NCBI GenBank assembly: GCA_051294375.1
Contig: CM119264.1
Span: forward strand, 10,887,832-10,951,831
Length of the DNA: 64,000 bases
Direction of reading: 5' to 3'
Origin: Paraspadella gotoi
Taxonomy: Eukaryota > Animalia > Chaetognatha
The stretch's first letter is position 1. Each line of letters begins with the position of its first letter. This document shows, in pieces, positions 1 to 12,521 of the stretch. The position numbers and the translations under genes are program-made. A model generated the notes under the pieces. The model made no database searches. It saw only the letters and a program-made list of their open reading frames with translations, and had not been told where the DNA came from.

Positions 1-120
1 GCCGCTCATCCGAAAGCGAGTTGATGGGGCGCCATCGCGTTTTCTTTGTTAAAATAAATGCGTTATCGTTGAGTAAATCAAACGTCGGTCAATTGCATGG
101 ATTGTTTTTGTCACAAGGAA

Positions 121-126
121 GGGAGA

Positions 127-157
<31 letters not shown>

Positions 158-158
158 G

Positions 159-222
<64 letters not shown>

Positions 223-278
223 AGAGAGGAGAGAGATGAGAGAGAGAGCTTTGAGAGAGAGAGAGAGAGAGAGAGAGA
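121..278. repeat. (GA)n microsatellite, imperfect
   Basis: About 150 bp of GA dinucleotide repeat. It explains the spurious ER-rich ORFs at 21-297. Confidence 0.97.
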
Positions 279-1010
279 ATATTTGGGGCTAACTTAATAA
301 CAAAAATTGTCTATAGTAATTAATTCATCTACTTCTAAATTCTTCTAATCTGCGTAATCATTCTCTTCTGCCATCTCCTTTTTCTTTATCTTTTCCATCC
401 TCGCTTCCCTCTCATCCCTTCGACCTTCTCAGACCAATTCCCTTGTGTTCAGGTGATTTGATTAATCGAATTCGACCAAAAAACGAAAGAGTTCGTTTCT
501 TTTTCCGCTGCTTCTTTGTTTTTTGTTTTTTTCTTCCTCCAGTTTGTTTATTTTTTTTTCCTAATTATTTCAAATGGCGCGTATCGGAAACGCTGGCACT
601 GTGAGGCGTCAGATCGGGTCGATCTCTGAAGTTCCCTGAATTGAAAATGATTCTTAAAATCTATGTACTCGATTGAACATTCATTGCAAGCAATTCTTTC
701 CAACGAACTTTTACATTCGGGACTCCCAATGAAAAAACTGTAAAAATATTTTTAACCGAAGTAAGACACAATGAAAAATGGCGTAACGTACTTGTTCCGT
801 GCATAAAAAAAATCACCGTTCAATATTATTATATTTCTTTTTATTTTTTGAAACGTTATAGTTCATTTGGTGATATCTAAAATATCAAGCAAATCTTTTT
901 TTGTTTTTTAGATATGACTGAATATAAGGTGAAAGATGATAATTTTTTTTTAAAAGTTACTTATTCATATTTATTCATAGAACTCTAATAGAAAAAAATT
1001 TAAAAAAATA

Positions 1011-2131
1011 ATAGTACTAATAGTTAGAGTTATGTCTCAAATTGATGGAAAAAAAACCTCATTTAAAATTCGATCGGGAAGTGGGGTAACTAAGGCTTAC
1101 CAATGGCATCCTCCACACCCATTGTTCTCTTCAAATAATTTTTTTATTTAATCATATTGAAAGGAAAAAAAAAAAAATAGAATGCAGGTTTCAGAAAGGG
1201 TACAGATAATCTGGACTTATTGACATGATAACCATGACCTTTTATATCTTGTGAAATAGGGGCAGTAAAGAAATCTAAATATTTATATCATTAAGTCAGT
1301 CAATGAACCCTTTCCAATGGGCTATTACGAGAAATATTTTTCTTAATTAAAAATGATGATAAATATAGAATTAAATTCCTTGCTATATTTAAAAAAAATT
1401 ATCAATACAATTTAACACAATGATGTTTTGCTTTGTCAAATATGTTACCAGCTATATAATTTTTTACAACTTTATTATGATAAACAAGCAGTGTGTCAAG
1501 CTTTTAGTTTGCAGTTAAAGATAATGAAAAATGACAATTTTTTTTTCACAGACAAGAAGGTAGATGTCCAGACTGTTTATATCAAGCTGAAAACATTTTT
1601 GTATTTATCATTTTTAATATTTAAAAATGCATTTTATTAAGCTACAACATAAATTTTTGCTTGTTTTTTACTTTAACTGAAAAATATAAGCAATTTTATG
1701 GAATAAAAAAAAATTTAATAATAAACACAAATGTAATTCAGTCTTTTCTTTTTCAAATTACAAAAGAAAAAGAAAAAATTTTATATGCCTTCATTAAAAT
1801 TTTTAAAGCAAAAAACTGTTATACTTTTAACTCTGATTTAAACAAAAGCTGTGTAAAGATTTATGGATTTAATTTAATAAAACTCTTTTAGAAAGGTGTC
1901 CCATGATTAGGGCTTTAATTTGATACCACATCCACCTTGCTACCTCTTTTCTTTCAAAAGTTATTTAAAAAATAACTTTTTTTAAATTACGCAGTACAAA
2001 TCTTTGTTAAATAAAAATTTCGGCAAAGCGGGAATATCTCACTTATTTCTATTGGTACAATACTTAAATTTCAAAATAAAACTTGAAGAAAATTTTTTTG
2101 TCATTTAGAGACATATCACTTTCAGATGTAC
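1011..2131 (-). mobile_element. Partial copy of the non-autonomous DNA element at 49536-51104, in opposite orientation
   Basis: Long reverse-complement match. For example 1545-1620 'cacagacaagaaggtagatgtccagactgtttatatcaagc' matches ~50385-50425, and 1890-1935 matches 50045-50085. Confidence 0.88.
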
Positions 2132-2282
2132 CCATCGTATAATAATTTATTTATTTATTTCCCCAAAAAAGCCTAATTAGAAAAGTTGAATTTTTTTCAA
2201 ATTGTTGGAAAAAAAATTTTGTCTGACCTATGCTCATTGAGAATAATGGTTTTGCATAGAAAATCAAAATATCAAAAAAATA

Positions 2283-2330
2283 AAAAAATCAGCCTCTAGA
2301 AAAATCGAAAGGCTAGAGGCTGATTTTTTT
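2283..2330. repeat. Inverted repeat (hairpin) at the centre of a larger degenerate palindrome (~2200-2400), MITE-like
   Basis: aaaaaaatcagcctctag ... ctagaggctgattttttt; outer arms ttgagaataatgg / ccattattctcaa. Confidence 0.65.
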
Positions 2331-4240
2331 AGAATTGCAAAATTTTTTTCCTGACTCATAATCCATTATTCTCAAGTTTCAAAATATTTTTTTTCCAAAA
2401 TCATTCAATCAATTTTTTTTTTATTAATTTAAAATGTTTTTATGATGTTGTTTTTGTTTGAAAGAATTGAAAAAAAGTGAAAAATATAGTAATTATATAA
2501 GGTTTTTAAAAATACCTTGGAAATATTAAATAATTAGACACAAGGGGAGTAAGCAGAGAAAACTTCCCATTCATAAAAGAAATTGAAAATGAATTTGTCA
2601 TAATATTATTTAGATTAATTGACTAATTACAAATAAATGATTCATATAAATTGAGCAAATGATGGGTAAAAAATATTCATCTTGGTCTCGGTTAACTATT
2701 AGGTTATCGTTAAAGTTTTGTTTATATAATATTAATATTTTTTTTGCATTTATAAAAGCAATTGTCTAAAATTTTGTAAGCGTTTCGAGCTATATTGCTT
2801 CATCTTTTTTACTATTTTTGATCTAGTTAGCTTTTTTGTTGATGGTCAAGGGTTATGGTCAGATACAGTAATGTCCAGTAGTGTATATCGCACATATTAT
2901 CAAAAGTAATGATCAATTAATTTGGCTCAGAAACAATTTTAAAGGGACAAAATCAAGCACGAGACTGTTTCGCCACGTTATTTTTCATTGTGTCGTAAAC
3001 GTATCCGTTCAACCGCAAAATTCTGTTTCTCTTTCATTTCTTTCCTTCGATTCTATTTTTTTTTTTTCTCTTCTCCTTATTTCATCGTCGCGTTTCTTCC
3101 TTTTTCCGCGTCGTTTATATTTGACACGCGGAGTGTCGATCTCTTTTTTTTTTTCATTGATTTTTCGTCGTCTCTCTCTCATTTTTCCACCTCACCCTTA
3201 GCCCTCACCTCCTTAACTCATCTTTTACTTTCTTTTGACTTTCCCTTTTGTCTTCAACTCTTTCTTTTCATTCCCCGGTTTCCCTCTTCCACCGAGTGTC
3301 GCTCCGAGAATTGCGGAAGCAAAAATGACAAACGAGTTTCCTCAGACACATTCATTAGATGATCTCGGACCGGGACCTGGGGATGGTGGAAGGAAGAAGG
3401 AAGCGGGAAAGTGAAGCGAGGAAAGAGAGACAATAATGTCAATAAAAGAAATAAGATGAGAAAACAATACTGGGCAGCAGTAAATTGTCCGAGTGTCGCT
3501 GTCTGACCGTACATTGATACTGGACCCTACTACTACTTCGATTGAGAATACTTGACGGACTCGTCTGTGACCACTGACCAGTAACCACGGAGAGTGTCTT
3601 CGCCCAATCGACGGAAATGGGGTCTTTCACGCGTGAACCCAAGTCTTCCGCGGACGATCCTCCGCGCGCGATTTAACACGAAAGTGGTCTCGCCTATACC
3701 AATCTTGGGAAATGGGGAAAAATGGCGGATCTTCCTCGGTTCGTCGAGAACCCAAAGTGAAGGTCCAAGGTTGATTTTTTTTCTGTTTCTTCGAATCTTA
3801 GAATATTCTGAGGCACTGTAATAATACGTGCTTATTAAGCATTTTATTTTTACGAATTAGGTCTTACAAAGTCTGATAAAGTCAATTCAATTTCTTTTCG
3901 GTCTCCAAATAACTTGAAAGTTGATACTTGTTTTCAATTTACAATTCTTTCTCCCCCGTTTCTCCTCTCATCTTTACAGACAATCCCCGGATAAGGCGAC
4001 AGCTGCCTCGGCGCCCTCTGATAAACGAAGCGGGCGAAGGCTGGCAACCGGTGTCAACGAACGAGACGCGACCGGGGAAATGTCACCCAGACGAGCGCAA
4101 CAACAACAACAACACGAGACTGATGAAAACGGTAGCATCGAGTTTCACTCGTCTTCAGATGGGACGCATCAAAGTGAAAGACATGTTCCGAAATCAAAAA
4201 CCAACCAATTAAAGTAAATTCTGCGAACGTCGACCATAAT

Positions 4241-6694
4241 ATGGCCTCACAAGAGTTGTCGCACTGCATCAAATACTTGATGTTCTTCTTCAACTTTGTG
4301 TTTTTGGTGAGTAACATATATTTTGATCATGTTCAGTAGGTAACGAGGGGGAAATGGTTAAATGGTTAATAAAATGTAAATGATTCGAGATCTATTTTTA
4401 AAACTGAGTTAACTTTAAATGTAAAAAACTTAAAAATTCTCGATCCACTCCATTGTCTCCCCCTCTCCCAACCATATGTATCGCCAGGTCGGAGGCACAG
4501 TGCTGGTTACGTTGGGTCTTTGGATCGTGATAGACGAAACCGATTTGGAGGTTTTGCTCCAAACGCAATTGCTGACGACTTCGGCCTACCTCATGACTGC
4601 CGCCGGGATCGTCACCATACTCATTGCTTTCTTCGGATGCTTCGGGGCGTTGAGAGAGATCAAGATTTTGATCGCTATCGTGAGAACTTTTAATTTTTTT
4701 GTTTTTTTATAGCTTAAAAGTGTATTTAAATTAATAAATACCTAAAATGTGCCTTGAAAATAAAAGCGTTTTCCTTAAAAAGTTAGACGTTACTTCGAGT
4801 TTTGTTACTTTATACCAATGCTTAATAATTTTTTTACAGTACTTTTTCTGCCTGGCTCTCCTCTTTATGGCTTTGATTGTTGGCAGCATTCTCCTGTTTG
4901 TGTTCCAGGCTCAGGTAGGCTCTCTGAAACGGTTTTAACAATTGATTTGTGTATGAAAGAATAAATGATAAGAATGTTCAGTGTGTATGTATTGGCTACA
5001 GAAGTATTTCAGATCATTTTAATTATTTCGTCGTAAAAGTAATATTGTTAAAATTGCGCTTTCTTTAAAACCCAAGATTAAATACTGACACGAGCGATCA
5101 CTTTTTGAATTAGTTTTGGTTTAATCTCATCATATTAACCTGCTTCAAATCGTACTTTCTTTCTTATCTTATAACACCCTAATTTTTGCGAAATAAAACT
5201 AACTTGGGTAAGACAAAGTGCGTCGAAGTGAAAACTTATATGTTTGGTTTTAACGTTAATGGAGAGAAGTCGGGATTATTACTTGCAAATGTTTCATTCA
5301 TTCGTTTTGTATTTTTTACGTTTTTGCTTTTTTAAAAATACAAAAAAATAAAAATAAAAGTATTTTGTCAATGTAGACGGCATGCCTAGGCATAGAATTA
5401 GAGGTATCTTTAGATATTCTGTTTTCTGTTTTATTTTACTGACAACACCTTGCGAGGTAAAAAAAATGCCTAGACAACCCGGCGGCCAACGTCCGAGATG
5501 CTGAACGGCCTCGAAATGTTGTTCCGAGGTTCACACAATTATTAACAACATTATTATTAACAGCCGTTGTAACAGACGCGAAAAAAAGCACAGATCTTCT
5601 TTACACATACAATATCGTAACTTTCCCCTCTTATTAGAGCGTAGACCGTTAATTTAAATGTAAACAAAAATAAAGTGCCTGAATCGAATTTTCTTATTTT
5701 TCTCCATTCCCCCTAGCAGCGTCTAAATCTCAATCCTCGAACTCTCTAACATCAGCTTTTCTAAGTAATATAAAAATATTCAAGATTTGTCATATATTTT
5801 TTACAGATATACGAGGTATCTAAGAAAGCAATGCGATCGACTATGCTTGAGCGTTACGGAGTGACAGAAAAATTTAAATCAACCCTCAAGTACAAAGCAG
5901 TAACCGAAGCGTGGGATTGGGTCCAGAGAAATGTAAGTACTTTAAATTAAATTAAATTTTTCAAGCGTCGAGTCGTTCGTTCACTGTAAAATGTTATTTT
6001 TCATATCAGTTCAAGTGCTGTGGTCTCGAAGGAAACCAATCAGAAGCGCATTTCCTATGGCAAGAATCAAGATGGTTCGGAAACCAGCCTGAAGGTATTT
6101 TCGGTGTTTCTAATCAAAGGTTCAATGCTTTTGAAAGAAATAAATGTAGTGTACACTCACAAAAAGTTTCTCATTTCTGTAGGGCATATGAAGAAAAAAG
6201 TTCCAGACAGCTGCTGCACAGTGGTAGAGGATGGTACTTACCTCAATCAAGATGGATGCCAGGGCACAAGAAGTAAACTTTTGAAACCTTGGCCTCCGGA
6301 ACAATCATCCAATCAGCTGTACACCTCAGTATGTATGATGCACGAAGTAACATTTAGAATAAGTTATCATTTTAGTCATGATGTGCAACAGATTTCTAAT
6401 CTGAAATGGGGCCAATATTGCCTATTAATTGAATGAATGAAAAAATTTTTATTGATTTTACAAAGTTCATGACTAAGAAGAAAAAATCATTTTCAGGGAT
6501 GCTACAACAAGGTAAAAAACTTTGTGGAAGGCAATTCAAGCAGAATTGCTATTATTGGAGCATGCCTGGGATGTCTTCAGGTTGGCAGCTTCTTGTGAAA
6601 AATTATATTATCAAAGCCAAAAACAAGGTTTTCATCATTTTGACAGATTGCTGGAATGATTTTTTCAATTTGCCTTTTTCGGACTCTCCGCTAG
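4241..6694 (+). CDS. Tetraspanin, 8 exons (4241-4306, 4488-4679, 4840-4914, 5807-5932, 6010-6093, 6183-6328, 6498-6580, 6647-6694; internal edges approximate)
   Basis: Spliced translation has CIKYLMFFFNFVF, FFGCFGALRE, WDWVQRNFKCCG, VPDSCC, GCY and a TM4 ending IAGMIFSICLFRTLR*. Intron phases are consistent. Confidence 0.95.
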
Positions 6695-8442
6695 CAGCAG
6701 CGAAGTCGTTCCTCTAATTCTTCTCAGACGAAATTGCAGCATAACCAAAAACATAAATCTCATTACGGGAAAGGTAAGTACACAAAGGCTTGATATCATC
6801 ATTTGCATCGCCTATCATATAGGTATCTGCACGTAATACCAATTGTCCAACTTCTCTTCGTCAAACCAGGAGGAGATACAAGCGGCGTCTTAATCGAGAT
6901 CGACGGAACTCCCACTAATTCCGCGTCCACCTTCGACATGGTGGCTATAACAAACGTAATCGCTGGCGACGTGATGTCCTTCACAGGCACCGGTAGTACA
7001 TCCGGCGGCGCTGCGTCTTGTAATGGCGTAGACGGGAGCGCTTCCAGCACTACCGGACTTTATGCCTCCGCGGCTGCCGTTGAACGGTTACCCCCAGTGG
7101 GGACGTGGAAAAGAAGGACGGCACCGTCGATCAGCAGCGTCAGGTATTGAAAAGCGAAATAAAAAAAAAGTAACTTACGATTAAAACGAAAAGAAGAAAT
7201 AAAGATTGACTGACATTAACTGCAGGAGTTCGCTTCCTATCGCCACTTCTTCCCCTAACAAAACTCTTCCCCCGGATGACGATATGTCGCGTTCGTGGTT
7301 GTTCGATGTTAGCGGACTCAGCGTCGAAACAACCAGCGGCCTTCCGCCTTCTACCCCCAAAGCGAAAACGACCCCTCCGCAAAAAAGCAACTCCCAACTC
7401 CCCTCTGCCCACAAAGACGAAAGAAAGAAGAAATCTTCCGCGTCTTCGATATCGTCCGCGAAATACTCAGTCGTCGGAGAGAGCCGACTCCTCCGGTCGA
7501 GCTCCAACAATCGTCTCGTCCGAACCACGAGTCGTCAAAGCGTCGTCAACTCCGTTCATCGACCAAAAACGCCCACTGCTCCCGTTCAGCCCATGGTTGC
7601 CCAAGCCTCTTCAACCGCCCCCCAATTCTCCAAACCAATGCCGAATCCCTTTTTCGTCCCATGGGACGGTGGAGCGAAACTTCCGACTCCTCTCGGCGCG
7701 GAAGAAACTAGTTCGCTTAGGAATCAAGCCGCCGCCGTCGAGGCGGTTCGCTCCAACACGCCCGTTGTTCCTCGGCCCTCGAACGACGCGTATTTGCTAC
7801 TAAATCAGCGTCAGACTGAGTCGAGGAGCGAAACCTCGTCGCCGTTCATTATGCATCACCAAGCAAACGGAACACTAGATCATATCACCGATGAAGTACC
7901 CGGGGCGAAACAAAAACTGCTTCACGATTCAATACCCGGAGATAACGTGGGAGCGACCCGCTTGGGTATCTCGAACGGCAACCCATTTCCCGAATTAAAA
8001 GTAACCAAATGTTTTTTTTTTAAGCATGGCGTAATATATGTATATAAAATAAAATATACAGTTATCATTTTATGAGTGACCGAAAAGGGTTTGAGACACC
8101 TTGTGTCAATCTTTCTTTTTAGTCGATTGCACGCATTCCGGTCGGTGAATGTAAAAATAAGCCCAAACATTTTTTCCGGAGAACTATTATGAGAGACAAA
8201 AATTAAAACTGTAATTTTGATTATCTAAATAAACTCAAAGGAGCGTACAATAGAATTATATTTAATTACACTGCATATTCTAGGGCTCCGGATCTGTTCT
8301 GCCAAAAATGACTGAAGATCCAAATCAAACACTGGAGGAAGTAACAGCGCAAACAACAACTTATTATGGGGATACTGTATTCAATACCAATAGACCCTGG
8401 ATGAAGGTGGAGCCCATTTCCAGCAAAAAAATTAGAAGATGA
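6695..8442 (+). CDS. Ser/Pro/Thr-rich, probably disordered coding region in frame with the tetraspanin stop (exons 6695-6773, 6870-7143, 7226-8000, 8284-8442; 428 codons)
   Basis: The frame stays open from the TAG at 6692-6694 through three GT-AG introns of matching phase (1, 2, 0) to TGA at 8440-8442. It includes ORFs 6803-7150 and 7206-8075. Confidence 0.75.
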
Positions 8443-8848
8443 ACATTGTATGAAATTCGTTTAAGTGTAAAATGGTTTTGAATTTACTATATATTTAGTT
8501 AAATGATTAAAAAAAATACTAGAATGAACAAAAAATGTTCGATAAAATTTTTTTATTTGTTCGCGAGCTTGTCAGATAATAAAAAAGAACCAAAATATCA
8601 AGCTAGCTATTGTCAGATAAATCCTGAACGAACGTCCCCGTTAAAGGAAACTGTTCAAAAAAATTAGAGCGTTTGTCCATGGTACAACGCCAATGATGTA
8701 TCAATGATGAATGTGAACAATATATAAAATACACTAAACAGAATTAGACAATACATAAGTAGCCAAATATAATAGTTAAAAACTGAAATTACTGAATAAA
8801 CTGAATAGTTAGTACGCTTGGTTGCCTGCCTTCCACCCTTTCCATCTC

Positions 8849-11300
8849 TCATCGGTCCCCACCCGATCCATAACCCCCACGACTATCTCTTCCTCTGCCC
8901 GATCGGCCCCCACTATCTCGCACCCCCGCGTATCCTCTGCCACCGCCGAATCCACCGTCGCCATCGCCTCCACCCTCTGGTTTCGGTTCCTGACACCGCT
9001 TACATGTTTCGCGCCAAGAAAAGTTCATGTTTCCACAAGAACAATGCCAATCGCCAGGGCGAGAATCTGTGAAGAGAATTGTTTATTGATAAACTTCTCT
9101 CGTTTTTTGATGTTGAATTAAACTTCGATCTTACCGCTGCCCCGTCCTCCGCCACCGCGGCCACCTCCTCCGTAACCATCGCCCCGCCCGCCATAGCCTC
9201 CACCAGATGGCGCAGATCCCTCTCCAGCGCCCTCAGGCTTTGGCTTATTGCACCTTTTGCAAGCCATCCTCCAAGAGAAATTGTCATTTCCGCAATCGGG
9301 ACAGGGCCAGTCACCAGGTCGAGATCCTACGTGCATAAAATTTTATTCACAATATTGTTTAACTCATATCTGTTTACTCGGGGCTCAATTTCATTTGAAA
9401 TTTGAAATTTTAGATGCAAAGTTTTTTATTGTTTAAAAAAAAAAGGTAAAAGTGAAAAACTAACTAAAACTTACCAAATACAACGAAACGAAAGAATTAT
9501 CAATTAGAATTATCAATTATCAATCAGCTCATCAATTAAACAATGCATGCCAATAAATTTGGAATTAAAAGTAAATTTTTGGTGTTAATGATTAAGTTGG
9601 AAGTGACTGTTTAACGAAGGGGTTAGTGTTAAAAATTCGAGAAGGGTTTAGGTTTATGGTTTAGGATTAAGTTTTGGTTCGGGACTGGGTTATATATACT
9701 CATTTAAAACTCATTGAAATAGCTTTGACTAAAAATCAATTTACCTCCACGTCCACCTCCGCCGCCGCCACTGCCACCGCCGCCGCCACCGGCGCCGCCG
9801 CCGCCGCCGCCACCTGCCCCACCTCCGCCGGGTTTAGGTGTATTGCATTTCATGCAAACATCGCGTCTCGCAAAGTTGTTGTTGCCACAAGAGGGGCACG
9901 GCCAATCACCAGGACGAGAACCTCAATAGTTCAAGAGATATCAAAAAAACTAAACAGAAAATCCCAATCTCGAAGTTAAAATATGTAAAACTATGCCTTA
10001 ATACATAATAACAAATACGAGGAATATAGTTGTACATAAATTGAACGATTTGTATCTGAAACTTACCACCCGAGCCATCATTGCCACTAAACGATCCCCC
10101 ACCACCACCAGCTTCACTCTGTTTGGGCGTATTGCATTTCATGCAAACATCCCGTCGTGCGAAATTGTTATTTCCACAGGAAGAGCAAATCCAATCCCCA
10201 GGGCGAGAACCTTATAACCAAGAAAATAGAAAATAAGCAAGCAATAATTATTAAATTAAGGATTCCTGAAAAGTCAACCTCCGTCAGAGCCTCCATCGAA
10301 GCTTCTCCCCCCGCGTCCACCACCGCCTCGTCCTCCTCCTCCTCCACGTCCGCCTAGTGATTTGGAAAAAAAACATTATCACAGTGTAATAATAGGAATT
10401 TACAAAATAAAAATGACGTATTAATAACCACGGTTGGCTTTGCTGTAGTTCTGAACAACGGTGACTTCGATGACGCTTCCCGATCCTTGTTCTGGAAATT
10501 CTCGACCATTGAACCATTTCGGAGCGCTTTCCACTATTATCAATTACAGCAATAATAACAAATTTAATGTTTCTTTGAGACTCTCGGATGAAAAAAAAGG
10601 GTCTCGCCAGTATGGCGTAGTAACAGTTCTTTCATAATTTTTAATAACTTGCCAGCTGAGATATCTTCGTAGTGAATAAAAGCTGTCTTTTTTTCCCGGT
10701 TAAAAAATATTGACTTTTTGTCTTTCTTTGATTTGATTAATCCAATCTGAAAACAATTAGCCAGTAATGAATGTCAAGCACAACGCCAAAAATGTGAGTT
10801 TTATGAAACCTGTCCGAAGTATGACGCTATCTGATCCTCGGTAGTGCCATCTGGTAAATTAGCGACTTTCACCGTATCGAAAGGGGCGTCACTGTTTTCG
10901 TACCCCCCACCTCCTCCCCCATAGTTGCCTCCACCTCTCCCGCTGTAGATATGAGATTATAAGTTTTTTTTAAAATAACTTTAGACGAATAATATAAGTT
11001 TCGTAAACCACTTCGTTTCACTCTGTTCTTGAGGATGAAAACCAAAAATTTACCCAAAAAATACAGGGTACGACGAAGTAATTTAAATAATATCTTCATG
11101 CATATGCTTGGCAATGAAATCAGGTAGCTGCACTTTCATACATTACCTGTCATGCCAGGCCACACGCAAGGTTTTGACGTGCAGTCTTAAGAATCTTGCC
11201 TGTTTGCATATCCACTATTCCCCCCACCACCATGCGAGTAATAACTCGCTTGTGATCCGTAATTTCCATTAGATCCATATCCGCCGTCGTACTGAGCCAT
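8849..11300 (-). CDS. FET-family RNA-binding protein (FUS/TAF15/EWS/cabeza-like): SYGQ-rich N-terminus, RRM, RGG boxes, four RanBP2-type zinc fingers; 9 exons
   Basis: [21 protein letters not shown]; RRM segments '[27 protein letters not shown]' and 'KWFNGREF'; four 'RPGDWxCxxCGNxNFxxRxxCxxC' motifs; RGG runs. Confidence 0.9.
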
Positions 11301-12521
11301 AGTTTGTTTGTTTTTTTTTTTTTTTTTTGTTTTTTTTGTGGCTTGTTCTTTGACCTAGGATCCGTTTTATAGAAAATAACAGTGAATCAATTAACGCCTT
11401 TGATGACCAGACGAGGTCATTTATATTGCGCAACAGAAATCAAAGCGTCCGCTCATACGTCCCGCGTTTTGACAAAATGTTAAGATTTTCTTTCCGAAGA
11501 CTTCTGAAAGAAAGAAAAAAAGGAATTAAATTCATGTAATTATATTTTTTTCTGGAAAGGAAATAAATAGACAACAATTTTATGTTTTCGTGAGAATGAA
11601 AGGTATAACAATTGTGAATAAAAAGTGTTGAGGAACAAAGTCAAATTCGAATAGAGTATCGAGCTTTATTTTCATCTAATATTTAAAATATTTATATAAT
11701 TATAGTAATGATACAAAGAATATGAGGGAAGCGTGCTGTCGGCGTCGGCGTGGATTACGACGATGCGACGCCGACGGGCTCTGATGAACCTGCCAATGTC
11801 TCTCTCTGACTCTCTCTCTCCCTCGCGGTCTCTTCTCGAAACAAGAAGAGAGATTTCGAACAAAAAACATGAGCTCGGACTCAGAACGCAATACAGCTGA
11901 GAGTGAGACTCGGTCTGACTCTGAGGAGTTGGAAGTTCAATTCAGAATCGGAGCAAGCTTGGGCTGGGGATGCCAACGTATTCTCGCCTAGTAAATAAAT
12001 GCCGTCTGCTCCAGATTCTGTTCTTCGCTAAATCATTCGCCTATTTTTACTCGCAACTGCCCATGCGATAAAAAGTTGTGAATCTGATTAAGGCGACTTT
12101 TTTTTTTAGATTTCAGTATGTAAACCTTACTTTGACTTTGAAAAAAAAGTTTAGAAATCACTTTCCTCGATCATCTTTTTCTTTGACAACTGCCAATGAC
12201 TCGTATATTTCCTATTCTTTTTGAAAAGAAAAAAGAATTCGCTTTAAAACCATTTCATGAAAAAAAAACTGAAGTTTTATTTCCCACAGAGAATTTAAAA
12301 ATCCATTTTTATTTCGATTTTCTTTTCTTTTATTTTCCCAGCCCCAATTCCTAGTATTCACAAGCCTAAGTTAATTTGTTTTTTATTTTAATTTTTCGAT
12401 ATAATTTTTTTTTAAATTTAAAATTACTTCGACTTAACCGCAATTTTTTAAAAAAATTGAAACTTTTTTTCTAAATAAATTATTCCACTGTGCAACAGAA
12501 ATCTTTACAGGGATATGCGTC

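Noticed and set aside
21-297. ER-rich ORFs
   Set aside because: Translation of the (GA)n microsatellite; no gene structure
6692-6694. TAG reassigned to Gln (variant genetic code)
   Set aside because: TAG ends ADIPOR (56873-56875) and the orphan gene (49301-49303), and no internal TAG was needed in any conserved domain
6774-6822. Short intron ending at catatag (6822)
   Set aside because: It gives G-I-C-T-stop; the acceptor at 6869 has a better pyrimidine tract and keeps the long frame. It remains possible as a minor isoform.
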